DNA of 64,000 nt. Source: Nageia nagi. Its lineage: Eukaryota > Plantae > Pinophyta. This document shows positions 25,101 to 39,400 of the stretch, one piece after another. The notes under the pieces were generated by a model. The model was not told the DNA's origin and made no database searches. It was given only the letters and a program-made list of their open reading frames with translations. A program made the translations under genes and the position numbers. Each line of letters begins with the position of its first letter. The stretch's first letter is position 1. The DNA lies in assembly GCA_050084985.1 (NCBI GenBank), contig JBITNC010000001.1:155310001-155374000 (forward strand), given 5' to 3'.

Positions 25101-27942
25101 CGCTTGCAACTACAACAACTGATGAGAAATCATTTTCAATGCTCTCTGACGGATATCTACGCTGTCTTCAAACAACCGATGGCAGCAATTTGGCAAATGT
25201 TAGAGAGTTTGGCTATACATCAATAATTGCCTCTGCTTGAGTCTCTAAAATCTGATAAAAAAACTCAATTTTATGTATATATCTTCTTGTAATACATGCG
25301 AAACATGTAAATTTATTTGCATTGTGCGGCTTGTTATCCAATTCTGGACCTCATGTATCCATCCTTAGTTTGCATGCATGTGTCTCCGGGTATTCACAAC
25401 CACAATATTCAATGAAGAACCATTTTCAACTACTATTCGGTGGCTGGCCATTCCTTCATCTGAAGTTCCCATGGCAACACATATTGAAAGACTGCTGGCT
25501 AAGGTTTAGAGTTTAGATTTACAAATGACAATTGCATTTGTTTATAAGTCTGTAGACTTAGAATACCGATTTTGTGCATCTACTTTGATGAGTGCGCTCC
25601 CCGAAACTGTATCCCCATTATGCATCTCATCAAACAATTCCCAGCCTTTTGTAGTCGTCCATACCTTTACCAAGAACATTCACATGAAATGGTGGAATCA
25701 CGTTGGAAGATTACTCAAGAAGGTTGTAGAGTCTCTCTTAACATTTGCATTCGCATAGACTTGTATTTTAACATCAAAGCGACAACAGCCACCATGTTAG
25801 TCGCTTCAAAGACAATCATAAAACTGATGCGACTATGGCTGTCTTCTTCAGTCGCTTCCACATTGGTGTTGAACTCCATGCGACTATGACTATATTCTCC
25901 AGTGGCTTCCACATTAATTTTAGTTTAGATGCCCTAATATATTTTCCAAATGAATTTCAGTTTAAGGCAACACCAGAGGAAAGGAGGTGAGGCCAAGCGG
26001 CAATTCCAGAATGGCTGGTTGGTGCTTACACGTTTTTTGAGTTCTCCTTCGTAATAACTTGAGACATGGGCATCTATTTTCCTAGAAAGCACCTTCACTG
26101 CTATCCTCATTCCATGCCGATTGAAACGAGTGGTCATATGATCAGATTTGCCCATCAAACGATCAAGTTTAAGCTGTCTGAAATTCTGGCCTGTTCTTAG
26201 GGTGTTTTTGACAGTTTTCAATTAATTTGGCAATCAAGGATCGATTGACAATTTCGAACATAATTTTTGCATACGAGCTTCGTTTTTTGATCCGTCAGAA
26301 ATGTTGAATTCTTCAAACATACATCTTTGCAATGAGTGGTTGCATGATAGGCTTTGAATCTTTTGTCTTCTTGAAAATCACATTTGAAAATAAATTTCTT
26401 AGCAATTTAATTAAATTTGCTAAATTTAGTGAAAATTAAAAATTTAATATCTTGCAAACTGTAATTTCGTTTGACGAACCGTAAAAAGTGACGAATTTGT
26501 AATGAGAGTACTTCAACATAAAATAATCACAAACATAAAAATTCACTCAAAATTTTTGCACATTACAATTTGCATGTTTCCCAAGGCAATGACCAAGGGT
26601 GATAGGAACCCAAAAGACGAAAACTTATTTTTGGATTTTGAATTTATTTTTAAATTTTATTAAGTCGCATCCACTTGGAATTCAACATTGATGTGAAAAC
26701 TATAATCACTTAGTCGCTTCAAGTTAAAGTTCAAAATGATGCGACAAGTAGATGCCTTAGCATGTTTTCCATGTGTTTGGTCGCTATAGGTCGCAAGACA
26801 AGGTGATCCGACAAATACAAGGTTTACTTGCTGCAAGGGGAAGTTCAAGCTAGTGCAAAAGTTGAATGCTTTAGTCGCTACAAGTATGGCTTTAACTCAA
26901 TGTGACAATAGAATAACTTAGCCGCTTTGTGATAAGGTTCAAACCAATGTGATAAAGGGAAACTAGGCATGATCAGGTTAAGTCCTTACAAACCTTGGTT
27001 TCTTTGGTTGGTTTGTTAACGAAAACACTTGGTTGCTACGATTAGGTCCTTAACACATTGTGAGTGGGATGATCGCTCTTAGATTAGGCTCAATTCTCTA
27101 CAATAAGGGTTATCACACTCAACATGACTCCAACTCATCACGACTTCTTTTAATGCCTTAGTCGCTTCGATCAAGAACTCTACACAATGCAAACAAGGAA
27201 CTTAAATGGTGTGATGTGAAAATGATAGGTGAGTCCAACTATTTATAATCAAAAATGGTTCAAAGGGACATGTGGCGGCGATCAGGACGATGTTGCCCTA
27301 GATCAGATGGCGGAGGGGCGATGAATGGACGACTTTAGGTGGTGCTAGTTAACCTCTAATTTGGCATGACCAGTCATTTTGGGTTGGATCTTAGGTTGAT
27401 GCGACCAAATAAAAGTACTTAGTTGCTGCTAGGTTGACTGCTAACTAAATGCGATAAAGGAAATAAAAAGATAGTCAAAATTCATCGTTTTAAGAACAAT
27501 TTTTGGAAATTAAGACCGTTTTGGTTTCCAAATCATGATGAGAATGGACTTCCACCTTTCAATGTCTAGAATGAGCACTTGGCTTTGAAAATAAGATTTC
27601 GATGCTTGTCAATCAATGATTGAGTAGGATCAAATTCCACTCTTGTTGAGAGTAGGTGCTTATGATCAAAATTAGAGGATGGTATTTAATGCTTTCATAG
27701 AAATCGATTTGCATGTTAATGTCCAAAATATGCACTTGCCTCTAAGGTGAAAGATACTACCCAATGGTGCAAACACTTTTTGTGATGAAAAAGGTGTGAT
27801 CTTGATAAATTGTTATTTTTAGATTTTTGATTATTTAATGTTTAAGTGTTTTTTGTTTATTAAAAGAAACAACAAATTTTTCCTAGATACCTAATTCAAG
27901 GAAAAAGTGAAAAAATTATTGATCAAAAATTAGGTGGTAACA
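22150..27942 (-). mobile_element. About 5.8-kb LTR-like insertion inside the copia 5' LTR
   Basis: TSD TATTT at 22145-22149 and 27943-27947; the flanks rejoin in register with the copia 3' LTR. The right end reads TGTTACCACCTAA on the minus strand, with TATAAATAG at about 27239-27247. The left end is degenerate (TC rather than TG). It may be composite. Confidence 0.7.
24900..25755 (-). pseudogene. PLS-class PPR gene fragment inside the 5.8-kb insertion
   Basis: NVKRDSTTFLSNLP, WELFDEMHNGDTVSGSALI, YKQMQL, ICVAMGTSDEGMASHRIVVENG, V*PNSLTFAKLLP and IENDFSSVVVVASALIYMCTEFGRIHKG. Confidence 0.85.
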
Positions 27943-28762
27943 TATTTTATATTGCATTTTTATGTGTATACTCTAGTTTTATAGATTAATTCAAGTGAAA
28001 AATGTAGCTTTTATGTTTTGCTACTCTATGGTTATTTTGTAAGATAAAATAGCATATATTTCACAATGAAATCAAGGGGGATACTTGGATACATACTTGG
28101 GTTGTTCATTTAATAATATGAAAGGTTAACAATCTCTTTCTCATGCCCAAAAGGCCCAAAATTGTGGTCGCATTTTGTATTATGTTTTCCCTTTGACAAC
28201 ATTTCTTACATTGACAGCATTTATTTGTATTTATCAATAAAATATTCCTAAGTTGTAGAATTACATGTTTTGTTCATTGTTTACAAGTTTCAGACTTATT
28301 GGAATAGAGAAAATCAAAATTCTTAGCTATCTTAATATTTTTGGGTTGTCTAGTTGTGTAAAATGTGATAAGTTGCCTACTTTGAGAAGCAATAACTTTT
28401 TTTATTACCAAAAGTATTTTGCACTTTATACTGGTAAAAATTACTTTCCAAGCTATTTCCAAAAGTATATACCACATTCCCTATTTTGATTAGTGGAAGA
28501 GCTTCATTTTACTTTTGCAAAATACTTTTAATATTTGTGAACATGGTAGACTCAAGTCTATCAATAGCCAATTGCTACCCAACTGCAAGCTTCTATGACT
28601 TGATTGCAAACATATATGAGCTAACTATAGAACTATTTTTTGAGTTGCAAATAAACATGAAAGGATTCTAAGCATGTGTCTTTAGTATCCTTAGCTCCTT
28701 TTAGTTTTCATTTACTCTTTCATTTGGTATCATAGTAGAGTTTAATTAATTATTAAGTCTAT

Positions 28763-31700
28763 AATGGCTCTCAATGGTATATCTATGAATATTCCACTAT
28801 TCAAAGGATAAAATTTTGAATATTGGGAAGATAAGTTGAAGTAAATTTTGGTATGGAAAGGAGTATGGGATAGCATTGCAACCAACTATGTGGCTCTAGC
28901 TGATTGAAGTACTTTGACTCAAGATAAGAGAACTAGGAAGAAGAAAGAAGAGAAGTAAAATGCACAAGCATTCTTCTACATCCAAATTTTCATTAACATT
29001 TGAATCTACCCTCACATTATGGGTTGTAAAAATGCAACAAAAGCATGGACAACCATAGAAACTTCTTATCAAGGAACAAAAAGGTAAGGGTATCCAAACT
29101 TCAAACTTTGAAGATGCAATATGAAAATATGTGAATGGAGGAAGGAGAAATACCTAGAAACTATTGTGTCAAAGTGAATGACATGGTGCATAAGATGCAA
29201 GTCTATGGTGACATCATTCAAGAAAGTGTAATTTTTAAGATCATTGATATCAAGATGGATTCACATTATAGTTACATTGGAGGACTGCAAGGATTTAAAC
29301 ACCTTAAAATTTGAATAACTTGTTAGTTCACTTTTATCTTATGAAGATAAAATGAATTACTATACCAAGGAATTAGATCAATCTCCTAATACAAGGATGA
29401 AGGTTATAAAATTGCAACAAGAGAAGCTAGTAAAGCAAGTGGAGGAGAAAGCACATCATAAGATTCTAATCAATATTAAAAATAAGGCAATCATGATTGT
29501 GCTAGGTCATGATCATGATTGCACTAGGTCATGCAATGAATCCATGAAACAAGGTAATCAAGTTTAGTTTATTGACAATGGTTTCTCTAACCATATGTAA
29601 AATTCTAAGGATGGATGAAGAACAAACTTGTTTAATGGCTACATCTCTCAAGTGCAATTAGGAGATGGGAAAATGGTTTAAGTGATGGAAAAAAAAGGAA
29701 ATATACTAATTGGTCATAAGCAAGGTAAGGGACCCATCAATGATGTTTACCATCATTTTAATATAAAGCATAACTTGATTTGTATGGGTTACCTTATTGA
29801 AAAATTCTTCAAACTAGTATTGGAAAATAAGGAGTGTCTCATCTTTGATAAAAGAAAATAAGTTAATTGCCACATATTCTATGATGAAGAATAGAATGTT
29901 TCTACCTAAACTCAGCATGATAATTAGTAGCACTTATTATGCTATAATTGAAGATTCAAGTTGGTTGTGGCATGAGAGATATGATCACCTCAACTTTGGC
30001 AATCTTCACATTCTTCATCAAAAGGCAATGTTACATGGCTAACCAAAAGTGAAAGTGAAGAGAATAGAACAAGCATGCAAGGGCTTCATACTTCAAAATA
30101 ATCATAGGTAAAGGTTTCCTCTTATAAACTAGAGAGCAAGTCAACCATCAGAGTCGATGTTCCATTCTAATTTATGTGGTTCAATGTCTTGTACAAGCAT
30201 TGGTAAGAGCATTTACTTCATCACTTTCATCGATGATGAAACTATATATATTTGGATTTTCTTTTTTAAGAGTAAATATGATGAATTTTTAGCCTTCAAG
30301 ACATTCAAAGCTATGTCTAATAATGAATGTTGAAAATCTATCAAAAATTTGAGGATGGATAGAGGTGGAGAATTTTTTTCCAAGGATCTATTTTATTATT
30401 GTTCATCTTATGGCATTAAAAGATAACTAACAACCCCTTATACACCACAAAAAATGGTGTAACAAAGAAAAAGAATAGGACAATAGTTGGATCAACAAGA
30501 AGAATGCTTGAAAGAAAAAGTTTGGGGAGGATATAATGGGATGAAGCAATGAAGATGGTTATTATATACTTGTTGTACATTAAGATTGGTATGGGAAGAA
30601 ACCAATTGTTGTACATTATAAAGTATTTGGTTGCTTAACATATGTGAATGTATATGATGAAAAGAGAAAGAAATTGGATCCAAAAAATGAACCTCATAGC
30701 TTCAAAGGTTATAATGATCATAGTGAGGCATGCAATTTCTATAGTCCTAAAACTAAGAAGACAATCATTTCTTATGAAGTTATTTTTGTATATAATGGTG
30801 TGTATGATGATTATTATAAAAATAAAAAGGATGTTACAAGTGAAGGGTGGCATTGTACAACTGAAAATATGAAGGAAAAAGACATAGAATCCACAATATC
30901 AACACCTATTGAAGCAATTTCTACTCCAACATCATGTGGCTCACCTTCTACATTCCAAGGAGGAAAGTTTAAAAGATTGTTATGCTCAAGTCCATATTCA
31001 CAAATTTTGGATCAAAATGTTGAAATAATAACAACAAGACTTGAAGAAAATAAAGGTAATGAAAATCAATTTGTTGCTAAATTAATTTGTTTTGTTTTAT
31101 CTTTTATTTCAAGTAAGCTCATAAAACTTTGATGAAGCTACACAATACAAAGAATGGGTTGAGTAAATGGAAAATAAGATGGAGTTAATAAAAAAAAAAT
31201 AGAGTCAATATTAAACAAATGAAACTTTGGATTTGGAACAACCACCAAAAGACAAAGATGTCATTGAAATTAAGTGGGTTTACAAAAACAAATTCCATAT
31301 TGATGGGATTGTTGATAAGCATAAGGCAAGATTAATTGCCAGAGGCTTTACCCAAATATATGGTGTTGATTATGAGACATATGTTCCTATTGTAAGGAAT
31401 GAAACCATTATATTGTTTTTATCATTAGTAGGTGAAAGAGGATGGAAAGTACATCAGATAGATCATCTACATGGAATATCCATAAGGATTTGAACTTAAA
31501 GACAAAAATGTGGGTATACAAAGTAAATAAGACACTTTATGGCATTAAGAAAGCTCCTAGATCTTGGAATTCTATAATAGATACATAGTTATTGGATAAT
31601 GGCTTTACAAGAAGTAAAAATGATCTCACTTTGTATATGAAAATAGAGAATGCTAATCCTCTTTATGTTTACCTTTATGTTGGTGACTTTATTATTGTAG

Positions 31701-32560
31701 GTAGCTCCAAATACATATTAGAGGGTATTCAAGATAGTTATGATGTTCGGGTTTGAAATGATTAATCTTCTATTGATAAAATACATTCTTGGAATGGAGT
31801 TTCAATAGTCACAAGTTGAAATCTTCATTTCCAATACAAGTATGTGCTTGATATGTTGTAAGACAAATTGGTTTGTATGATTGCAAATCTAATGATAGAC
31901 CTATTACAAGTGGTGAGAAGCTTTTGAGGGATGATGGTAATCCCAAAGTTGATGAGAAAAGATATAGAAGCATGGTTGGTAGCCTTGTGTATCTTACTAC
32001 TACTATAACTATTATCACTTTTGCAATATCTCTTATATCAAGATACATGACCAATCTCATTGAAAGACATCTTAGCTATGAATGTAAATCTTAGGTAAGT
32101 TAAGGGTACTTGTGATCATGAAATACATTATAGATTAGCCAAGGAGATAAGTTTGATTTCACATATTCGAATTATAGAGGTTGTATTGATGATAAAAAAA
32201 AAAAACACATAATGTCATTGTTTCAAACTTGGAATTCATTTGATTTCTTTAAGTTCTAAGAAAGAATCCATGGTTTTATTGTTATCAATCAAAGTTCAAT
32301 ATGTACCTTTAACTTCAAGATCTTGGAGAGACTTAAGAAGAGCCACTTAAAATCCTTTGGATAACAATGGGGCAATCCAATCTTTCTCTCAAGGACCAAA
32401 CACATTGAGCTCAAACATCATTTTATAAGGGATTTAGTGTAACAAGACAAAGTGAATGTTGAGTATATCAAAATTGAAAGCTAGGTAGCTAATATTTTGA
32501 CCAAGGGAATACTAAAGCAAGATCATATCAGCTTATAGACAAAACTAGATATTTTTCCAT
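28763..32560 (+). pseudogene. Copia gag-pol pseudogene
   Basis: gag: IPLFKG*NFEYWE. Protease: *FIDNGFSNHM. Pre-integrase: SWLWHERYDHLNF. Integrase: LRMDRGGEF, TTPYTPQKNGV. RT: KWVYK...HKARLIARGFTQIYGVDY, YVGD. RNase H: RTKHIELKHHFIRD. Confidence 0.92.
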
Positions 32561-34432
32561 TTTGCATCAAAGGGAGGAATGTTGGAAAATAATGCAAAAG
32601 TTTTCTAAATTTTTGGTCAAGTTGTAGTAGTTGAAGATTTAAATGTTGTACTCTCCAAGTTTGCACATCCATGCTCATATTGTTGATATTTTGTAACATA
32701 CACCATTCCTCTTTGAATGCTTTTTATAATCTAAGTAGGTAGAATTTATTAATTTCGTCAGTTCTAAGTTTGATGTAGAAAAAAAGAGGTAGGGACATCC
32801 ATTTGTAATAGACCCCATTTGCATTTTATGTTTAACATTTTGTATTTTTGTGGCCATCCTTTATATCATTGTCCTAGGTATATTTTTTGTTGCATTTGTG
32901 TGTTATGCTCTAGTTTTGTAAACTGGTTCAAATGGAAAATGTAATTATTGTGTTTTGTTACTTTGTGGGTATGTAGAGATCATCAATATTTACAATCCTT
33001 CTAAACTCCTAATCAACCTTGAAATAACTAAATATATTGTTAGTGATATGAGTTCATCATATGGGTTTCTAGGATGGGTCTTATAATGCCCCAAAAACCA
33101 ATAAGGGTGAAAATTTTAATATCCTTGAAATAATTAAAGAGTATCGATATTTATAAAATTCATGATTATATACTATGAAATGATATTCTTAGCAAGAAAT
33201 GAATGGATTTTACAAGAAAAACTTGATATACTTACTTTTTACTTTTATGCAATTTTGAACCTTCAAAATTTTATCAGATTTGAAAGCTTAAGTGGAGGCT
33301 TTCCAAATTAAAATTTTGAAATTTCTCTTTTACTTCCATCTCTTAAAATACAAGTAAATGAGTTTTAGAAAAATATTAAATGAGAAAAGGTGGCCAAATT
33401 ATGAGAGTCTCCAAAGCTACCCTTCTACATAGGTCCAATTTTTATCCTAGAACTTACATAACTTTCTCAATTATCTCTTTTTGGAATGAATTTTTATCTC
33501 CCTATATAATCTATGAGTCTTCTCATCTTTCAAATTTATTTCTATTTTTTTGTATTTTTGAGAATTTTTTATTATATCATGCCAATTCATAAATCTCAAA
33601 AAAGAGATTCAAGATTTTTTTACATAATCAAATGCATCTCACATTCATCCTAATAAAATTAACAAACAATTAAGCATGCCATATTTGGTTCCATTGTTGT
33701 TGTGATGAATAAACTAAGGCTAAAGATATATGTTCCTATAGTATTCAACCTTTTCATTGAAAGAAATTCATGATCATATCCTTGAATGATTCTCCCGACT
33801 TATCAACCTACTTGTTATTGAGTCATAAATCATTCAATATTGTCACCTTGGTATCTTGTAGTTCATAATACATAAATAACACATGAACTTAACCACAATG
33901 AATTAATATCAATTTATTTATGTGCATAAAGTTATATACATACGAAATCATACTCATGATGAACCATTGCTTAGATATGGTCAAAGACCATTTATAAGAA
34001 ACAACATAATAGTCTTAACTAAGTAGGTTAAGCTAATAATTATGATATAATTAGGAAAAAATGCATTATAGAGGTATCTAAGAGTTTTCTATTCATGTAG
34101 GTTTCCTAATATTGAAGGTATCCTAGAGAATTTCAAGTGTTTTAACATTGCCCTTAAAGAGCCAATCAATATAGCATTAATGATTAGCGAACCTTGAAAC
34201 AAAGTTCATTATAAACTAATGGTTAAATTCTTAAAATAGCTCTAAGGGGAAGGGTCTGCTTGCAACTAGGGTTTCCTTGATCTATGTGTAATACCACCTA
34301 CATGCTTAATTGCATCTATGGGAATTATTGCCTATATTGATCTCTTTGTCTTTTCGTTACTTTGGTTGGTGTATCTGACCTAGTTAAGTATGGTTGAGCC
34401 TCATCCCATCAATTTGCTTTATAGTGAATTGA

Positions 34433-35209
34433 TTGACATGCAAGATGACACCTAGGAAGAAGCCAAGGAAATTTGCCAAAGGTGGAGCACTAGGTAATTC
34501 TCATGTCCCTAAAGTTTACATCCATGTTCAAGACTTTAACAAATCCTATGAATGGTTTGAAACACACCATTTAGTTGGTTATTTCCTTAGTAGAATCCCA
34601 AGCGATACTATCCTACATAAATGGGTTACCCTAGTTTGGGGCCCTTATGGATTTAAAGTTGAGAATGTTTAAAATTTGACTAAAGGGTATTTTCTATTTC
34701 ATTTTTCTTACCCCATGTAGTCGTATTCTAGCTCCTTTTCTGTGGAAGATAGCTCCTCCATTGAAATCTCAATTTGGATAGAATTCTTGAATTTAACCCA
34801 TACACTATGGAGTTTTTTTAGAACTTATGCTGAATAGATAGGGTCTTTTATCTATTTTCAACTTGAAATTTCTTTTATGGCTCGACCAAATAAGCGAGTC
34901 TGTATTAGGCTTGACCTCACAAAAGATAGACCTAATGAGGTCAAAATAGTTATAGATAATGAATTGGTCTTCCAAAAGGTTCACTATATTGGTCTCCTTG
35001 ATACCTGCTTTCGATGCCAGTCTCCCCATCGTAAGATTAGGGAGTGTCCTCTTATGGAGGGAAAGTGCAAATACCAAACCTTATCAGCTACTCCCATGAC
35101 AAATGCCCCCATGACTACTCCTACAATAAGGGGAAATGAATGGACCCCTATCACTACTCATCGTAACCATCATCCTCCCCCTCACGGGTCTATAGTTGTG
35201 CCAAACCTA
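34433..35209 (+). pseudogene. LINE ORF1 remnant (DUF4283-like region + CCHC zinc knuckle)
   Basis: LVGYFLSRIPS...KWVTLVW...LTKGYFLF and RVCIRLDLTK...CFRCQSPHRKIRECP. Confidence 0.85.
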
Positions 35210-36439
35210 TGAGAGAATTGAAGTATAAACTAAATAATTCTAAACTCCCAAGATCACATAAAATCTCACAATACACATCTAACAAACTCATAAAGCAATC
35301 TTATAAAGATAACATAATATGTAAGTGGTTCCTTCAACTAGAAGTACATCCATTAACTAGATCTCTCTTCTTAACAAATATGAACTCTTATAATCCTCCT
35401 AATCTTTTCTCCTAAACACTATACTATAGCATAACTTTACAAATTGGTGTGTGATCACAAAGAGGAAGCCTTTTATTTATAGGCCAAAATTCCTTTTTGG
35501 ATCACCTTTTTATCTAATATACAAAAGTATGACATGCATATCCTTTTACCTAAGGGACATGCTCATGATATGGAGTATAGAAAAAGTAATATTATCATAT
35601 TTACTTAAATACTTAAAGTATCAAATGATACCTTTAAGTATTAATGAACTTACATAGAATATTATTACAAAACCTTTACAATAATGCATTATACAATTCA
35701 ACACTCCCCTTAATGCAATATTGGGATAGAGCGAATAAGTGAAGAAAAAAGAAGTAAAAGAGTTTTTCTTCAAAAAGATACAACAAAGATGATAACTTTT
35801 TACATATATGTGAAATAAGAAAGATCTAGTTTGAGATTCACTACTTTGCTAAATACAATTATTAACCACAACCGATTTCAGTGTGCATAAAGTATTCATC
35901 TAACTAGAAGTCATGAAGAGTCTCGAAGAGCCTGCATACCTAAGGTAAGTAACCTGTAATCTTAAAAGAACCTACAAGTCATAAGCAGCTCAAATAATAA
36001 GATTAGTTAGATGCAACATATTCATATCAACAAAGATAGATGAATCATACAAATGCTATCATGAACTGATCAATGGTGCACTATAAGTTATCATGAAGAT
36101 GCCATGCTAAAAACTCAGTCACCTATTGTATATAAAATATGTGTTAATTATCATTACAAAATAGAGCATGCACATATAAGTTTCTCACATATGGATAACT
36201 GAACAGTGCCAAAAGACACATAAAATTTTCTTACATATGGATAACTGAATAATGTTAGATTGGCCAATCTTTTATTTTAAAAATTTGTACAAGTTTCTCA
36301 TATAGAGCGAACTTACCATGAAGGTGTACAATAAAATCAACACTATAAAGTATAATATCTTCCTAAGGGTGAAGTTGTCATTATAAACATGAATTCAACA
36401 TAAGAATTCAAACTTCACTTCCCCTTGAAGGTAACTTCA

Positions 36440-39400
36440 TAAACCCAATAACATCCCTAAGCTTCCAGAATTGAACTTCTAGGAGAGGCTTGGTGAACTA
36501 ATTAGCAAAGTTCAAGGTGGATGGATAATACTTTAAGTGTATGATGCCATCAAGAACCTTCTTCCTGATAAAATGGACATAGATTTCTATATGTTTTATT
36601 CTCTAATAGAACATAAGATTCTTAGCCAAAGAAATAGTTGATTGATTATCTAAAGAAATCAAAGATGAGCCACCTTGCTCAAATCTAATTTCTTTTAGAA
36701 GATGCCTTAGCCAAATGGCTTTCTAAGCTGCAATAAATATGGCATGGTATTCAGCTTCTATGGTGAAAAGAGAAATAGTAGGCTATTTCTTAGAAATCCA
36801 AAAGATAGTACCTAAACCAATGCTAAACACATACATAAAGGTTGATTTTCTGTTATCTTTATCTCCTCCATAGTCAGAATCTGAGAATCCAAAGAGAATA
36901 AATGAGGATAATTTAAAATACTTGAGAGCAAGATTTTTAGTCCCTGCAACATACCTTAATATTGCTTAACAATATTGAAGTGTTCAACATATGGTTTCTA
37001 CATGAATCGTGCCATTAGATTCACTACAAAGGTAATATCTTCCCTAAAAATAGTTAAATATAGAAGATTACCAATTAATTACTTATAAATTGTAGCATCA
37101 ACCTACTGAGAGTTAGAGCTCAAAGAAATAATGATTAGTTAGAGCTCAAAGAAATAATGATTCTAAGAGAACTGAGATCATAACATATCTATATTTCTTC
37201 ATTCCAAACTTCTACAAGATGTCTAATATATACTTAGATTGATTGAGGTAAGTATAATCTTTGTATTGATAAACTTGCATTCTAAGATAATAGTGCAAGA
37301 AATCAAGATTAATCATTTTAAATGTTACCTTAAGTTTGGATATGCACTCTTGAATGATTTCATCATTATTTCTAGTAATCAAAAGATCATTCACATAAAA
37401 GAGAATCAAGACCATGTCTTTTTCTTGATTGAGCATGTATAGATTGAAGCCAAAAAATACTTAAAGAGTTTAATATCTGTAAAGTACTCTAAAATATTTC
37501 TATACCAGGCTCAAAGTGCTTACTTAATTCCATACAATGACTTCTTTATCTTTCACACAAAGGACTTTTTACCTTCTATAATAAACCCTTCTAGTTGATT
37601 CATGAAAATTTTCACATCTAAGTCACCTTTGAAAAATGCACTTTTGACATCAAATTGAAAAACTTTCCATCTATGAACTACAGAAAGAGCAAAGATAATC
37701 CTCACAGTAGGCATCTTAACCATGGAAGTAAAAGTTTTCTCATAATTTACATTGTATTTCTGAGCAAAACCTTTGGCTACTAACTTTGCCTTGTATTTTT
37801 TAATATCTTCAACTTAATTGAATTTGACCTTGTAGATCCACTTATTATTAATCATATTTTTCTCATTAGAATAAGAAACCAAATCTCAAGTTTCATTTTT
37901 CATAAGCACCTCATACTTTACTTTCATGGCTTCCATCTAGCACTCGTGCTTAGAAGCTTTTTTAAAGGTTGAAGGCTCATGCTTATCATTAATCTTAGAA
38001 AATAAAGATTTAATCAAGGTTATGCTCCTTGTTACCCTTTGTGTTGAAGAATTTTATTCCTGAGGTGACTTATCTACATCAATATCTAACTAGCAAGGTT
38101 CAACTGAAGAGTCCTCTAGAACATCAACATCCTCATTAGGAGTATATTCATCAAGAAGTTCATTGAACTTTACATCCCTTGAAACAAATATGACTTTGTA
38201 GCATGGAGAGTAGAGCCTATAGCCTTTATGCTGACTGTCATAACCCATAAAGATCTATTTTTTAATTCTTTTATCCAACTTCTTTTTTTTTAAATAATGT
38301 AGAAGAATGCTTCACAACCAAACACTCTAAGGTGAGAAATGTTAGGTTTTCTTCTTGACCATACCTCAAAAAGAGTTTTACTCTAAATAACTTTTGTAGA
38401 ACATCTATTCAAAGTGTAAATAGCAGTATTCATAGCTTCACCCTATAAAAAACTAAGAAGATTACCCAACATGCATCTAGCTATCTCTATAATTGTCTTA
38501 TTTTTCTTTTTGACAACATCATTCTATTGAAGAGTGTAAAGAATCGTAAATTACCTCTTAATTCTATACTTAGCATAAAAAATATTAAACTTATTGTTGT
38601 TATATTTTATTCCATTATTTAATCTTAACATATTGATTTTAAGATTAGTTTGATTCTCAACAAAGGTCTTAAAAATCTTAAAACTCTCAAAATTTTGATC
38701 TTTATGCTCAAGTAGATACTTAAAGGTCATCTTACTAAAGTTATCAATGAAAGTCAAGATGTAAGATGCTTCTCCAAATGATTTAATCTGAAATGAACCT
38801 ATAAAATTTGAATGCACAAGTTGAAAAGGTTGAGATGCTCTTGTTGCCTTATCGTTTTCAAATTTTTATCTATGCATCTCACCAAGAATGCACTTCTCAT
38901 ATAGACCAATCAAAAGAAAAATTGAAGGTAAACCTTTCATAAGTTCTTGATTTTTTATAACTTGAATACTCTTATGGTTAAGGTGACCTAAATGATGGTG
39001 CTAAATATTTCTTCTAGAACACACACACAAAAGCAAGATACATCTTTGATGGAACTTGATCCATGATATAGAGGCTATCTTTCATTGATCCTTTAGCCAA
39101 CATGGTAAGTTATTTTTTAATGCATTAGGATTGAGAATTGAATTTAAAAGAGTACCCTTTTCTACCAACTTGGATCATGGAGAGGAAGTTCATTCTAAGC
39201 TTAAGAACATAGAGCACATTATCAAGAACCTTTTCGTGAATCAACACACTCTTAATTCTTTGAACTTCAAGGGTAAAGTTATCACCTATCACAACCACAT
39301 CTTTTTTATACTTGTGAAAATTCTCAAACTTTTTTTTTTCAAAGCAAAAGTGATTAGTGTAATTAGAATCAACAATCCAATCAAATGAAAAAGAGCAAAA

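Larger units (their letters stand above)
21213..32970 (+). mobile_element. Old Ty1/copia retrotransposon; 5' LTR split by two insertions, 3' LTR truncated or interrupted
   Basis: 5' LTR pieces 21213-21312 and 21948-22149, plus the start of the third piece (27943-28722), align in order with the 3' LTR at 32580-~32970. PBS TGGTATCATAG at about 28725; PPT AAGGGAGGAA at 32570-32579. Confidence 0.85.

Noticed and set aside
24920-25889. Several plus-strand ORFs of 60-106 aa
   Set aside because: Antisense to the PPR pseudogene fragment, with no independent coding signal.
32972-34400. Possible further LTR or TE starting TGTAGAGATCATC, similar to 21182-21212
   Set aside because: No matching end, TSD or coding motif could be established.
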